Below are positions 35,701-41,703 of a stretch of 64,000 nucleotides of DNA, in pieces. Both the position numbers and the translations under genes were made by a program. Each line of letters starts with the position of its first letter. Positions within the stretch are counted from its first letter, which is position 1. Origin of the DNA: a virus; the IMG/VR virus record IMGVR_UViG_3300037483_001116, positions 64,001 through 128,000 of that record; one strand, given 5' to 3'. The notes beneath the pieces are model-generated. The model did not search any database. It had not been told where the DNA came from and saw only the letters and a list, made by a program, of their open reading frames with translations.

Positions 35701-37725
35701 AAGCGTGCACGGCCGGCGTCGGAGCTTGGCATCGCCCCTGAGGAACGGTCGGTGGCCCGGACTCGGGTACCGAGTGTGCCCCCGACCCCCGGCCGGCGCC
35801 CCGATCTCAGCGGAACCAGCGGTCCACCGATCCTGACCGGACGGCAGGGCGTGGACGCCAGCGACATGGGCCCTCCGGGTGATACGCCTCCTGGCGGCAT
35901 GCCGGTCAAGGACTTCACGCTGCGGTCCGGGTACAACATCCAACACGGCACCTTCTTCCGTCAGGACAGGATCCCGTACCTCATTGAGCATGAGGACACG
36001 CCTGAAGGTAAGGCTCACGCCGAGGAAATCCAGAAGGCGCTGTGGGCGCACCGACAGTCGTTGCCGTTGTCGATGCGTGGCCTGCAGCGGTCCTACTCCT
36101 GGGTCCGCGGCCGGAACCCGAAGGATGGAGAAAGAGCCAGGCGACTTGGCCACGATCCGGACGACTTTATCAGCGGGGCCACGTCCGACAGCCTTGGCGG
36201 CGTCACTGTCTACAACCGTGATGAGTTCGGGTTTGACGGGGTAGACGGGGAGCTGGATCACGAGTTTGCCCACAGCCTTGACCACGTCGGCAAGGAGCTG
36301 GGCGGCATTGGGTCGGGGTCCGACGAATGGCTTGATGCTGTAATCGCTGATGGCATCCACCGTGAAGGTCTGTCTGATGTTACCTTCGACCAAGGGCCGG
36401 CGGACACACACAGCCCCATTCGCCTACGCCCAGCCTCAGACAAGTACGAATTTCCGTACGGCGTCACTGACTACGGCACCGCTGATGCTCCCGAAGACTT
36501 TGCTGAATCGTTCCGTCTGTACCGCGCCGGCCCCATCGGCAAAGGCCGCCGCACCAAGGGCGGACCTATCGAACCCCTGTGGTTCCGGGACGTTTTCCCT
36601 GCCCGTGCTGCCATCTTTGACCAGATAGTGCCCGATTCCGCCGAGAAGCAGCTCCGCGAAATTGACCAGGCCCGCGGTACGGACGTGTCGGTGGCGCAGC
36701 GCCGGGAGCTGATCAAACGACTGATCAAGGAACGTGACAACAGTGACCGGGCTGTGGCGTTCCGGCGGCTGGCTAAGACGGCACCGACGCGCAGCAGCAT
36801 GCGGTCGACACTGTCACCTGAGGATCAAGCCTTTATTGATCGGCACGTTGCCGAGGAACGTGCCGGGGTCAGACCTATTTCGGGCACGATTCCAGAGGGT
36901 GGCAGTGTTGCTGAATTCTTCGGTGACAGCATCGGCCCCGAAGGCATGGACGTTAATGACTTGATCTTGGATCAGCATGACTACACCATTCCGCAGGGGC
37001 GGGTGTGGCGTGACGGCAACGACGTCTTCGTCGTGGAAGGCACTGACCCTGCTCGTATGCGCCGAGAAATGGAGACAGTACGCGACGAGGTAAGGCGCCT
37101 TCCACGGGAGCTTAGCCAGTCGACTCGGGCCTTTGTTGTGGCCGATGGCAACAGCCCTCCAGCAGTTGCTCGTCTCCGGGCGGCGGGAATTAGCGACCAG
37201 TTCCTTCCCTTTGCCAGCGCCAACAGCGTGGGCAATGGAAGTGACATCACCTTCTGGGACCGAGGCAGGAGGGGCCCACTGGAGGGAGACAGCCAGTTCC
37301 AGCCAACATTACGACATGAGACATCGCACAATTCGGACGTCGCCTTAGGCAATGTCAGTGCATCTTCCGAATGGCGTCGGGCTGCCGAGAGAGGGACCAA
37401 AGGGACCAAGGTTCGTGGCTTTACTCAGCGAAAGATCAAAGGCCAGGGTGCGTTGCAGCCACCAGGGAAGGCAAAAGGTGCCAAGTTCCCGCTTGGCGTC
37501 ACGCCATATGCCACGTCGAGCGTTCGTGAAGACTGGGCGGAGGCGGCCGAGTTCTACTTCGGCACCGAGAGGTATGGCGGCGTCGTCGGGACCGGGGTCG
37601 TTGGGGGCAAGCGAGTGCCGATCTGGTTCCGGGACCTGTTCCCGGCCCGCGCCGCGGTCCTGGACAAGTACTTCCCTGAGTTCGCGGCTCAGCAGTTGGC
37701 GGAGATCCGTCGGATCCGGGGCTAG
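17800..37725 (+). CDS. giant (6641 aa) polyvalent head-associated protein: ART-like, PAKKA repeats, NUDT9-like Nudix, GrpE-like, HipA/PI3K-like kinase, two HExxH metallopeptidases
   Basis: Uninterrupted ORF; HPRDSKGRF; Nudix box GMVDFNEDIWKTRRRELKEETGV; GNSDRHPGN..FDNSLAF; HEFAH; HETSH. Confidence 0.92.
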   Translation: MAIDLSRWKPELHPRDSKGRFRDKWGLSPKARSEVDRLLANFTDTPPLRSNEHAASYLRTQAPPKRSDRQKEAIRKFLSREGNENIQSTLRAHDKPTPDIKELDGMMVPLEHDLVLSRVVGPDAFGLRGEDMAGVEEWNGQKLMDYGFSPYNIGDAYQIAGPHIEMRVLVPKGTPALIVGGDGNSADDARTVILPRELPTQNIKIQDDGRGGWYAMSVVAPEQGSGKVARGLAGRPLPARDKSPAIEATPDELERRGISPEEAGVPAPQEQPGRFGPATPAPGAGQQVLPQAAPTAQSIPNPAAGPPGDAPVPEGVAQPAKAIKKAQGQIPVGAGGVPEEGVEPTPRGKMPSRSARGVATPESQAAEDAKTRAAADKEAKAREDRRVAAEEVMARREEHIARRETQVAEQQAQINDLQAQQIGQQQELIDRLMQTPPAAGGGSEGGTRAAGLSPAQKRAVKGRFRPEGTSDEDRRQQELVRQIDAEEAAAAGTGGDGVPAPTKAAGAPAAPPAPPAKKGIKKAAKKAAPEAAEAAREAPGTGGGEAEQAPEDITLEQVRAYGDADRAAIADVKDEEFPALTPEEATDVERLSPEQEEVYWARRAAGAIHTRAMRGLGPQPGARKKAAAARLAPGARRRNFIGRQVRGEQLKELRPGDVVEVPSTRGGKGVQQKTVRAVDDDGTLIFTDNERFGRDRGSVKVVSQGKLKPSAAAQGKARRLSDRVAAGLSTDETIKAVRDGRITPEQAANNLDSKIYGYRKQQLQLGDNAPPELTRVIDALVKMRADLRGEGTPSADEAKKTTAAVKRATKKVAADREISGEEVPLEAVRQTPALKKAAAKSIKKTAAAAGPDLVDADRPDAANVNAVRQAKSLGDVNAVAGRLGVRIPATVGRREDRRAFLEKALSMQDGESKADYDARITELGKAPTGPVRGRPRKARPGAPETVAPETPAAAPAKKASRLARKAAPVAEAPPAKKAAKKVVAAPEGPKPVKARKGAAPAKVTKAAKATPEAPAKKVAAKAPAKAIKKAAPVKAAKAAPEKPTITRATPLAKMSDDDVLAEAGRIEGAPETPRQRAVARRAAAINTRRERTQAREQVQAARASEAEARKATAEAKKEAAAARLDAANARKEAAAAKKTAAAAKKAAPEKKAAAPAKKVAKAATTKVVKKASAPEKAAPAKKVAKAAPERPVKVLRKGAVKKAPASAFDRADAMSRLQNFENPPSREEAGALLENASRADLVAMAKEISVPGASRKTSPELRREVVEATAGRRLDSIAIRGFRGKRPGQRAPEERSVRRVKAPVEDAGIGRREIAPIPGAVRRPGLANPSASAIKRGDRIMVTRNADGQWVRTMNKGGAVPLTVDSVERALAGNQTGYVFHGKTDDGKDISTAPVFGQNVFKRAPEKVAAPAVAKKAPAKAIKKAAPAAPEKPTVTAKKTAKAAPGGLLQRVVADLEQDKQDRAAAKKAPAKKVPAKAIKKAAPEKPVITRAAPVSKMDDDAVVAEAAKIEGAPSTPRERAVSRKAGLISARRERGAAKAAKAPAKKATKALAEPKKPMAGYRDTGEVVPEADREGLHVSPQKWGGYGVYDGKQDRVEADYKTEATARRRVRELQAGDTVKAIIPKERTARQQAADKKEADRQNALARAAGRGSEVEAPAAKKAPAKKAAAPTPLDEDERLLGPALSRVTRAQRAQGIPDDKILTNPADAKAGMYVYWSPSNRFNKLVRPRTRPGKGWHVEDGNPQYLGSLPQAQVDSAVAEYNRMADQIKAARKKVPAKAVKKAVPEKAVPEKVAPAKVTKVAPAKEVVAKAVPGKATVAKAAPEKPVIKRASKKAPATRGITEAEKKAPPTPVGAARPEAAAATVRPAASWTPGSGMDTSLYLSLQQSLGKAKVKNLNTLDRETRVASRHQNVPAAYQALRADLAGSPDLQDRLDRWYRSTFKPAGGKDKDLTRSLRRGVTVEDAPRTPRKVMPSTPAADAKIRATVKGLSPELQKELLDSMTPEQRKAVQDAIDRVDVKLAARKVTKAAKAAPEAPAPAKAARKVTRKATTEAVPAAPAKKASIKKAPAKAAAPERPVKVTRRGEAESPTAAARRERAERRAQRPALESKERKAAKAEVARKAKATDARIAAERKVEDKAHADFIRPILKDAGVKRSDLSDLDQTGLRVVSDKLRAGRISKATAARRLRTDRDSPLNKIADAIEAKPRKAAVKKAAPEAPTKAAKAPAKVIKKTATKAAPGRPVKVTRRADEKAAAIEAPAKAAKAPAKAIKKAAVAKKAAPEAAPAAKLTRAPKGVDSKLVDDLTPDQVAQINDLSPDSQDQYWGRRVTRGIGHDSAWRSVPKGDVEALRVPSQEPRTPSPARGPGDAAAVEALRRPTIGRRGTGSQRLTEDEKDSIIRQAADAKAANPNFPVTREDQDLAREAAEIQEARGSTTKAVKATKKVAPREVVKKVAPNVVKTRERRAKQYDEAVGDVPGDRGGLLRSTKKALAEGEPAATAKKRLGDRAESLRTQAELLREKGNSDVLGQEIAKLERDADTYQRAADLAGKRVVPVKKAVRPGEKVAVKDLEDGDVAVLDGKKGVFRQPKPRTTFIEFPDGSQEKVQKSRLASMVREKRLALTGGPQRTGVPEAEVPAAAKKARPSIKRPPATAAAETPGNVGDRRRLDALGDRRDMAKARADELVQDGKTSPAAWRQALDEVGALPEERSVRRRLTGPVGGEGNVDTSLESRRAKKAVRTVTPGGESQVVPLKRGAKKAAAPEVEAPAAKKATKKVAAARPERPVKVTKAAETRAAKKAAKAAPAAPAGPTPQEARRAAQAEARRVREDARRQAREAREAVSAGRASERQKKYGPGGPSHIDMAQVGDIRNVDVTDEQADLNNGKTPTEVAKKLDFRARGTKNSAAIIDGGWDNEANQRRLADDPEYYGPLLRAQRERYEEGIARGDRLQELADKLRATRRPVARKAVAKKAAPEAPAPTKATKAARKAAPAAPAKVAKVAAKKAAPEAPAKVAKKVAAKAPAKAPAKAIKKAAPAEVPVHERPDVKAVTDRLPEVHQDQIRRMLTGDYRVAKNRRSQASALRKQAAFRRNSADSSLRQNPNLQRVRDEHARDMAIADHYDRVADLIYPKPGSTPSRKKLPDVQETLASKVNAAAKIMGNSPADEPVRKALDSGDNSNVVSVRSRAQDLRDGAKRMRAAGVLRRRSKDKDERELGLRQVAAAKEMETAAGAFDAHADTIPEARATKQLAAEVRRTDLVQRREQARFDRRRQQGIGAGLDEAEADDFARGASTIGQWRRRNAPVPEKKAVPAKAAKKVAKKAPAEAPERPVKVIRRAKKATAAEAPPERPVRRSSKAVPDAESATPAKKAPAKAAGNVQLDRDLDVWEKTRIKIEDHLGKLRAQREKSGDTTPSADEQRSARALGRAIKRIDGLKAEKASVAKKAPAKAIKKVAPSAPAAKKAVPAKKTVPLKKAAPEAPARAAKKAAPEKPTITRKATKAAAPAATPRRTAAQKIAGSRKSRVEAPEGYDRKTVPVSKASWGIKYPDYKPNRFTADVVKKNDETLRPPGNTDPTKYWADPPNVKDVKREFRSYEGPVKLDAEGRPQNPYTRTGVQDRGELGKWGANFAGDAIVTRVDPETGRLQMLTIRRKDGQPAIPGGMVDFNEDIWKTRRRELKEETGVDLDLADSKEIYKGYVDDPRNTDNAWMETSVGHKHLSPEEGARTDKFRPDSEDEIKGVYWADVDPDMMDGLFASHGDFVATMAEQMASDRGLSLAERRRLRSAVRTRAARKVAAPKKKVLSKAAVKALPDQPDQPTAAKATKAAKAPAKAIKKAAPTTAEAAPAKKAVPPTKRTLGQNMANLRAATTPEEADAALDKLTENQLWWIRQELKTATEKQGSSWTRAHSRRAIVEKLFPAKKAAPEKPTITRRATKAAAPEGPAKATKGLRRAGSNDEAPGRLDAEEARDRLEAELTVRQRGQVDSLSTLQDKEDYWTRRANGESHLKAWSGRTGRPAAKKAAAPVAAETPAVKKAARSIKKTAAEVAPEAPVKKTAAKKAARKAIPEKLPTGAAALVRLGQEQGILGAGDLSPEALRSALEAKRRDPNLVPISTELIPDVIKSADTKKLRAIAKVGNLGELEGDTPDALREDLLRKAIVKAARERLEGPPAKKAIRKATKAAPAKAAKKTAKAAPEAPTETVRKVRAADSMSDVDKVLADKDLQQLRAIAKADDTPGVTTRDSRASIRQKIRQAEEARRSHKVLQRLGHRGLDEKAVGSTWSRNVVKDANKDLARGESNEDVAASLRGRAEELRSEGLNDGDFPDRVHRDDDDRREVAGTEARRLEEMADSLDPPERSVRRGGPTPEPAAAKKAAKKVAPTKAVKATKAAPIKKVAAKKAAEPAEKFLPALADGTQRKSLTNVKVGDTVRVGNNLGDLGVPQRVTKVERDGNGVKLTRADGSVISGNNNTAVWLGDKLRPGERSGSRATKAAAKAVPARPTITRAAKKAATAPEAEVPATPAKRTTRLAKKVAPEAPKSDLTARQKSEASNLTPAQRPGYDKLTDEQKDLYWPYRGTRSHAAAVRDAKAYTRLSQGIKDLDEAESYDAARASLKKYSDNDLGDMLRRDRGRPLGSRFPSDMNREELETATVNTYIGEKARKRLTAEREGREGAVNSVVDDLNAKKIDKREAVRQLRDLDTAESRELADGLEESGDLEAASFRDLKSGDTIIDTDGDLRKIASVDNATVLDGDGNRINPRFLDRSRVLRTHRAPEAPTPAKKVTVRKAVPRATTVQKNLLDADGPEGRRQVMDALHDDLSVVQWRKLAKDLGAGTQRGSKQDSRDAIERHMASGEGSVPKKNLRDQLRDADVNVGHRDSQESVEDRRYIERASAVAKDDPDKLRREADEFVRTAGVRRGLANDIEADGDDNAERVRLLREGADNYDKAAKVFRSRADTIDKGRVAAGKKVAAKAAPEAPAKKAVSLKKAAAPAKAAPEKPTIKRAAKKAAPESTPEAPAKKGASAKVAAKAAPERPTIKRAAAKKMAGTPSAEDVARERGIDAERKYGRRLLSGQRAQVDAMTPATRTKYWNRVADGKDHADAIDDLPYSRRTGNAITGPIAEDSPQIIGNAREQRALDGMERYEARLTPRQKLQLRDLDDEQKLDYWNRREGRESHTNAYKRVASGEESTPTAAKKTTPLKKAAPEKKATPAKATKAEPAKKALTREEADRRELEARKTAAEERAAEAKAEAKAAPPVKKAAVRRVRLTPSQTALLRRVEADGHLDNDAELTTQEKRDRNRLRLHGLLRMDSVKRGNKKVLRDSVTDDGRAELARADAPTPAKKTVAKAAKVAPEAPAKKTAPAKKAAPDLPAATKATPSTPVKAAPSKVTTPSTPATTARDRLDSRQKEARIRKASGAIDLADNMLSAVEAFRNGDNADGFRRAVGQDLKGPTPGDVGNPRDTRAAGWVALKKAMGPESGWDTPDKLDAKLRDALKDMGIRVDHNHGDRLAFDPDSMDTFDGAQVNPGDEVTVIKPGLSYRDTDGSLHVLRRPTVTRRRGGDTDTGPLAPDGGPADGNPFGDVSLPRRSEMTVADGGVDLLRDLKGEKAFRNDWGIDRADRLMRRMQKRELQSMAKYLDVRLVPGQRQNSIRHDVMRDIRRRLGMPAPRAREREELELLSTDELRKRLPAGAKPPSGATRRDLVEIALGDGPVVDHHVGPLQPGARRVREAVQGGTKDLKYFSSGSMGQVAHVEGADGKEAIRKQMSRTDGVSGKQQADSEQILSELGERIDAPQAPVYRPAEDVVYMGFLPGSSANKMGDARVRAAVATPQGRRVAILDAITGNSDRHPGNFKIIDGKPVGFDNSLAFDREGGRGRDFGPDGEILPGGTHSMDPFEQHYPYRTKELYPNSDIVKGGQWLDQHPFPREELLDVRRELEAMKPQFDRLGREAWYDQAHQRLEALIKRARPASELGIAPEERSVARTRVPSVPPTPGRRPDLSGTSGPPILTGRQGVDASDMGPPGDTPPGGMPVKDFTLRSGYNIQHGTFFRQDRIPYLIEHEDTPEGKAHAEEIQKALWAHRQSLPLSMRGLQRSYSWVRGRNPKDGERARRLGHDPDDFISGATSDSLGGVTVYNRDEFGFDGVDGELDHEFAHSLDHVGKELGGIGSGSDEWLDAVIADGIHREGLSDVTFDQGPADTHSPIRLRPASDKYEFPYGVTDYGTADAPEDFAESFRLYRAGPIGKGRRTKGGPIEPLWFRDVFPARAAIFDQIVPDSAEKQLREIDQARGTDVSVAQRRELIKRLIKERDNSDRAVAFRRLAKTAPTRSSMRSTLSPEDQAFIDRHVAEERAGVRPISGTIPEGGSVAEFFGDSIGPEGMDVNDLILDQHDYTIPQGRVWRDGNDVFVVEGTDPARMRREMETVRDEVRRLPRELSQSTRAFVVADGNSPPAVARLRAAGISDQFLPFASANSVGNGSDITFWDRGRRGPLEGDSQFQPTLRHETSHNSDVALGNVSASSEWRRAAERGTKGTKVRGFTQRKIKGQGALQPPGKAKGAKFPLGVTPYATSSVREDWAEAAEFYFGTERYGGVVGTGVVGGKRVPIWFRDLFPARAAVLDKYFPEFAAQQLAEIRRIRG

Positions 37726-37904
37726 ATGTCGCCGGCTGGCTTGCCTTTGCGGCGCAGGATGGTGTGTTCGACGTTGCCGTCGTCGTATTCGGTGAAGACT
37801 TCGCCAGTGACGGCCTCGGTCTGGTCCGTGGTGGGGGTGCCGTCGGCCTTGTGCCAGGTGACGGTCTCGCTTTTGACGCCTTCGGGCAGTGCGGTCTTGG
37901 CCAT
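37722..37904 (-). CDS. small hypothetical protein, convergent with the giant gene
   Basis: 60 aa; high GC3 on the minus strand; stop overlaps the giant ORF stop. Confidence 0.6.
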   Translation of the reverse strand: MAKTALPEGVKSETVTWHKADGTPTTDQTEAVTGEVFTEYDDGNVEHTILRRKGKPAGDI

Positions 37905-37949
37905 GGGGTCAAGTATCGCTCATGATGAACCCAGGAAGGGGGTGTCGGG

Positions 37950-38165
37950 GTGAGGGTTTTGGAGTTGGTGGACATCTCTGGTGACGAGCCGGTGGTCGAA
38001 GAAGATTCGGCGACACTTGATCGAAACGGGAAAGTGTCCTACAAAGGAATGAGAGTCAGGGCTATCATCGGCAGATTCTTTATTGATCATGAACCCGGGG
38101 ACGTGTTCGATAGGATGGCCAACTGGTCCAACGGGTACGTCCAGCTTCAGGAGAGGGAGCGATAA
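37950..38165 (+). CDS. small hypothetical protein (WSNGY motif)
   Basis: 71 aa, immediately downstream of the giant gene. Confidence 0.65.
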   Translation: MRVLELVDISGDEPVVEEDSATLDRNGKVSYKGMRVRAIIGRFFIDHEPGDVFDRMANWSNGYVQLQERER

Positions 38166-38167
38166 AG

Positions 38168-38320
38168 GTGGCATGTAATTGCGGGAAAAGTAGCGGCGAG
38201 CCCGCCGAGACTTACGTCGTTAGAAAAGCAAACGGCCAGACCGAGGAGGTTTCCTCAAAGGTTGCGGCCGATATTTTGGTGACCAAGCACGGCGGCTCCT
38301 ACAGCGTCCGAAAGAAGTAA
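38168..38320 (+). CDS. small MxCxCG protein (50 aa, not in the ORF track)
   Basis: MACNCGKSSGEPAETYVVRKANGQTEEVSSKVAADILVTKHGGSYSVRKK, upstream of the capsid gene. Confidence 0.65.
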   Translation: MACNCGKSSGEPAETYVVRKANGQTEEVSSKVAADILVTKHGGSYSVRKK

Positions 38321-38451
38321 GGTGGCGATAGTGGACAAAGCTGGCGTGGCCGGTTTATCATCCACTTGATCACCTTTTACTCAGGGACGAGCTGCGGGCC
38401 TCCTGGGGATTGGGACTGTGTGTCCCTTCCTTCACCCAGAGAGGCTCTACC

Positions 38452-40152
38452 GTGGAATTCGAAATTCCCGAGGTGCAGGATTTGCCTCGGTTCACCCTCC
38501 AGGCGCTGCGCGACCTCGGCCTTGAAGCCGCCGCCGCGTATGACGCCCTCCGTGAGGCGCTGACCCCCGAATCCGTCACCAATGAGGACCTGGACGACCT
38601 TGAAGACCTCAAGTCGTTCATGATCTTGGTCGATGAGGAAATGGGCGATCGTCGGGACCGTCAGTCCCGGTTCAATGCCCTTCCGGCCGCGATGAAGGCC
38701 GAGGACATGATGGACGACGAAGACGCCGAGGCTGAAGAGGGTGCCGCCGAAGAGGCCGCATCGTCGGACGCAAAGGTCAAGCCGCAGTCGAAGGGCGCCA
38801 AGGGCACCGACACGACCTATGCGACTGGTACTCCGTCGCTGGCGGACATCGCCCGCAACTCGAACAGCAACGATGTGATCGAGGGCATGGTGGAAACCGG
38901 CCAGGACAACAAGCCCGTCTTCCGGATCCTCGCCGCGGCCGACACCGGTTTCTCCACCGGCCAGGTCCTCGACGGCTGGCTCGACGTCGCGAAGGCGTTC
39001 GTAGCCCGCAGCCGCACCCACGGTGGTGGCACCGCACAGCAGTCGACGGTTGCGTCGATCCGGCGTGAATTCGCCAACGACTTCGCGGTCAGTGACGGCG
39101 ACGACGATGTGACCATCGCCCAGAAGATGGACTTCGTCCGGGACGAGAAGCGCCTGCCGGGTGGAAGCCTGCTGGCCGGCACCGGCTGGTGCGCCCCGTC
39201 GGAAACCATCTACACGACCTGCAACGAGATCACGACTGATGGCCTGCTGTCGGTTCCCGAGATTGGCGCCCGTCGGGGCGGAATCCGGCACAACCAAGGC
39301 ATCCAGTTCGATACCATCTTCGGAACTGGAACCGGCTTCAACATCCTGACTGAGGCTCAGGTTATTAGCGATACGACCAAGACTTGTGTCGCCATCCCGT
39401 GCCCCAGCTTCGTCGATGACCGGCTCAAGGTCGCGGCGCTGTGCCTCACCGGTGACATCCTGCAGAACCGGGGCTACCCCGAGTTCGTCAGTACCTTCGT
39501 GCAGGGCGCTATCGCGGCCCAGGCGCACAATGTCAACCGTCAGATCATCGCCGACATTGTCAGCGACTCGACTGCGGTCGCTATGACCTGTGCGCCGTTC
39601 GCCACCGACCTGTCGGTCATCTCTCAGGTCATGTCCGCCGTCGACAACGCCATTGTCGACATTCAGTACCGGCTGCGCCTGCAGCGCAACCAGACGGTGG
39701 AGATCATCTTCCCGTACTGGCTGAAGGCTCAGATGCGGTCCGACTGGATCCGCCGCAACGGTCCAATGGACCCATGCCTCACCGACGACATGATCGACTG
39801 CCTGTTGCGTACCCGCAACGCCCGCGCGCAGTGGGTCTACGACTGGCAGGACTCGTTCACCTCGACCGGTGTTTCCGGTGGACCGTTCCCTGGTTCGGAC
39901 ACCCCGATCTGCGCACTCCCGACATCCCTCTCATTCCTGGCATATCCTGCCGGAACGTGGGTCGTCGCCCGGCAGGATGTTATCCGCCTCGACACGATCT
40001 ACGACAGTGTCAACTTGGCCACTAACAAAGTGACGCAGTTGTTCTTGGAGGACGGTTTCCGGGCGATGCGTTTCTGCCCGATCAGCCGCGTCTACACCGT
40101 CGCCATCTGCCCGAGCGGTGCGACTACCGCCCTGCAGTCAGTCATCTGCTAA
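38452..40152 (+). CDS. major capsid protein with an N-terminal scaffold-like extension
   Basis: LLAGTGWCAPSETIY; PEIGARRGGI; CPSFVDDRL..LCLTGDILQNRGYPE; followed by a terminator. Confidence 0.9.
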   Translation: MEFEIPEVQDLPRFTLQALRDLGLEAAAAYDALREALTPESVTNEDLDDLEDLKSFMILVDEEMGDRRDRQSRFNALPAAMKAEDMMDDEDAEAEEGAAEEAASSDAKVKPQSKGAKGTDTTYATGTPSLADIARNSNSNDVIEGMVETGQDNKPVFRILAAADTGFSTGQVLDGWLDVAKAFVARSRTHGGGTAQQSTVASIRREFANDFAVSDGDDDVTIAQKMDFVRDEKRLPGGSLLAGTGWCAPSETIYTTCNEITTDGLLSVPEIGARRGGIRHNQGIQFDTIFGTGTGFNILTEAQVISDTTKTCVAIPCPSFVDDRLKVAALCLTGDILQNRGYPEFVSTFVQGAIAAQAHNVNRQIIADIVSDSTAVAMTCAPFATDLSVISQVMSAVDNAIVDIQYRLRLQRNQTVEIIFPYWLKAQMRSDWIRRNGPMDPCLTDDMIDCLLRTRNARAQWVYDWQDSFTSTGVSGGPFPGSDTPICALPTSLSFLAYPAGTWVVARQDVIRLDTIYDSVNLATNKVTQLFLEDGFRAMRFCPISRVYTVAICPSGATTALQSVIC

Positions 40153-40155
40153 CAA

Positions 40156-40197
40156 CAAGGTATGGAGCTGAGTCGAAAGATTCAGCTCCATACCTTG
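40156..40197 (+). terminator. intrinsic terminator after the capsid gene
   Basis: CAAGGTATGGAGCTGAGTC-GAAA-GATTCAGCTCCATACCTTG. Confidence 0.8.
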
Positions 40198-40226
40198 CTT
40201 AGCACCTCACAAAGGGGGCTGGACAG

Positions 40227-40439
40227 GTGGCATGTCAAATTGAGACTGTGGTCTACCCGTCGTGGTGGACTTCGGCGGCGACGGTCCAAGTCACCATAGA
40301 TGGTCTTGGCACTTATAACGTCTCAAAGGCGGACGTGGAACTTTTGCCTCAGGGAATTTCAATCATTGGACCCGATGGGGCCCATCCCACGACTATGGCT
40401 CCGTGGCACACGGTAGGCCCCATTAAGCAGACGAGCTAA
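40227..40439 (+). CDS. hypothetical protein
   Basis: GGGGG RBS; stop overlaps the next start. Confidence 0.65.
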   Translation: MACQIETVVYPSWWTSAATVQVTIDGLGTYNVSKADVELLPQGISIIGPDGAHPTTMAPWHTVGPIKQTS

Positions 40440-41278
40440 TGGCAAGCCTCACCGGCCCGTTTTACGTCCCACCACCGAACCCTGTCGTTCCGCGGTACGG
40501 CCTGTTCAACGTTGTCACAGGTCCCCTGGACCTGCCGATCAACGCCCGAGTCGGTGGCCTGCAGTACCAGATTTCGACGTGCAACCTTCCCCTCGAATAC
40601 GAGGTGGAATGCCAAGAGACCCACAACACGAAGGTCATCACCTCCGGCGTCACCACCGTCACCGGCGCCCCGTTCATTGTCTATTCGGCAATCCAATGCG
40701 GCACCGTCGGCTTGGTGGATTGGGGTCAGGACGAGGTTCAGCGGTACCTGTACCAGCAGCTCATCGCTGGTGAGCAGGCCACCGTTGAAAGCATCTTCTC
40801 GCAGGGCCTCGTGGCCCAGTTCCCGTCGCTGCAGTCCGGCGCCGTCTCCTTGGGCGCAGCCCAAGGGCCGGTGCAGGCAGTCAGCATGCTGGAGGACTGG
40901 CTGTACGCCCGGTTCGGCTCCCGTGGCGTCATCCATGCCCCCATGGAGGCGGCGGCGTACATCAAAGGTGCGCACCTGATCGAGCCTGACGGCAACGTCA
41001 ATGCGGGTGGTGTCTGGCGAACGGAAGTCGGGACCGCGGTCAGTTTCGGCAACTACGCCGGAATCGGTCCCACCGGTCAGGCCGGAACTTGGATCTACGT
41101 GACGGGTCCTGTCGCTATTTGGCGGACCCCGGACAACGAACTGTTCGTCCCGCCGGTGGGCCAGGTCATCAACCGTTCCACCAACGTCCTGACCATCGTC
41201 ATGGAACGCGAATACGTCCTCACGTATGACTGCTATTCGGCAGCTGTACAGGTAACCCTCGACACAACGGACCAGTAA
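40439..41278 (+). CDS. virion protein (minor capsid/decoration-like)
   Basis: PRYGLF..PFIVY..GEQATVE..GVIH; position after the capsid gene. Confidence 0.7.
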   Translation: MASLTGPFYVPPPNPVVPRYGLFNVVTGPLDLPINARVGGLQYQISTCNLPLEYEVECQETHNTKVITSGVTTVTGAPFIVYSAIQCGTVGLVDWGQDEVQRYLYQQLIAGEQATVESIFSQGLVAQFPSLQSGAVSLGAAQGPVQAVSMLEDWLYARFGSRGVIHAPMEAAAYIKGAHLIEPDGNVNAGGVWRTEVGTAVSFGNYAGIGPTGQAGTWIYVTGPVAIWRTPDNELFVPPVGQVINRSTNVLTIVMEREYVLTYDCYSAAVQVTLDTTDQ

Positions 41279-41703
41279 TGCCTCTGATGCGCCAGTGGGT
41301 TGAAATCACCGTGGGTGAGGACCTCCTCATCCCGGTGGTTCGCGAACTCCTGGATATGGCCGCCGACCCGAATCAGGTCGAAGTGGTTCATGGCGACGTC
41401 GGCCGCGTCATTTTGGCCGAAGTCCACCTGGCCGAGCACTGGTTCCAGGAGCGACTGAAGCAGGACACCGTCAACACTGTTCCACTGCCGGAAGAGGACT
41501 TCGTCGTTTCCGCTGCGACCGAGGTCGAGCCCCCGGCTCTGGTGCTTGAGCCGACGCCAGAGCCGGTTACGGAGCCGGTCGTGGTGATGTCGCCGGCCCC
41601 ATTGCTGGCCCCGCCGCCGCCGGCACTTGTGCCACCCAGGCCGCCCGTGCGGCGGACGACCAGCACCAAACCCTCCGCTTCCCTTAACGGCGAGGAACAA
41701 TAA
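41278..41703 (+). CDS. hypothetical protein with a Pro-rich tail
   Basis: Start and stop overlap both neighbours. Confidence 0.7.
   Translation: MPLMRQWVEITVGEDLLIPVVRELLDMAADPNQVEVVHGDVGRVILAEVHLAEHWFQERLKQDTVNTVPLPEEDFVVSAATEVEPPALVLEPTPEPVTEPVVVMSPAPLLAPPPPALVPPRPPVRRTTSTKPSASLNGEEQ

Noticed and set aside
18260-37795. Many long antisense and alternate-frame ORFs (up to 656 aa) over the giant gene
   Set aside because: Shadow ORFs expected from high GC3 and repetitive Ala/Lys codons; low-complexity translations with no motifs
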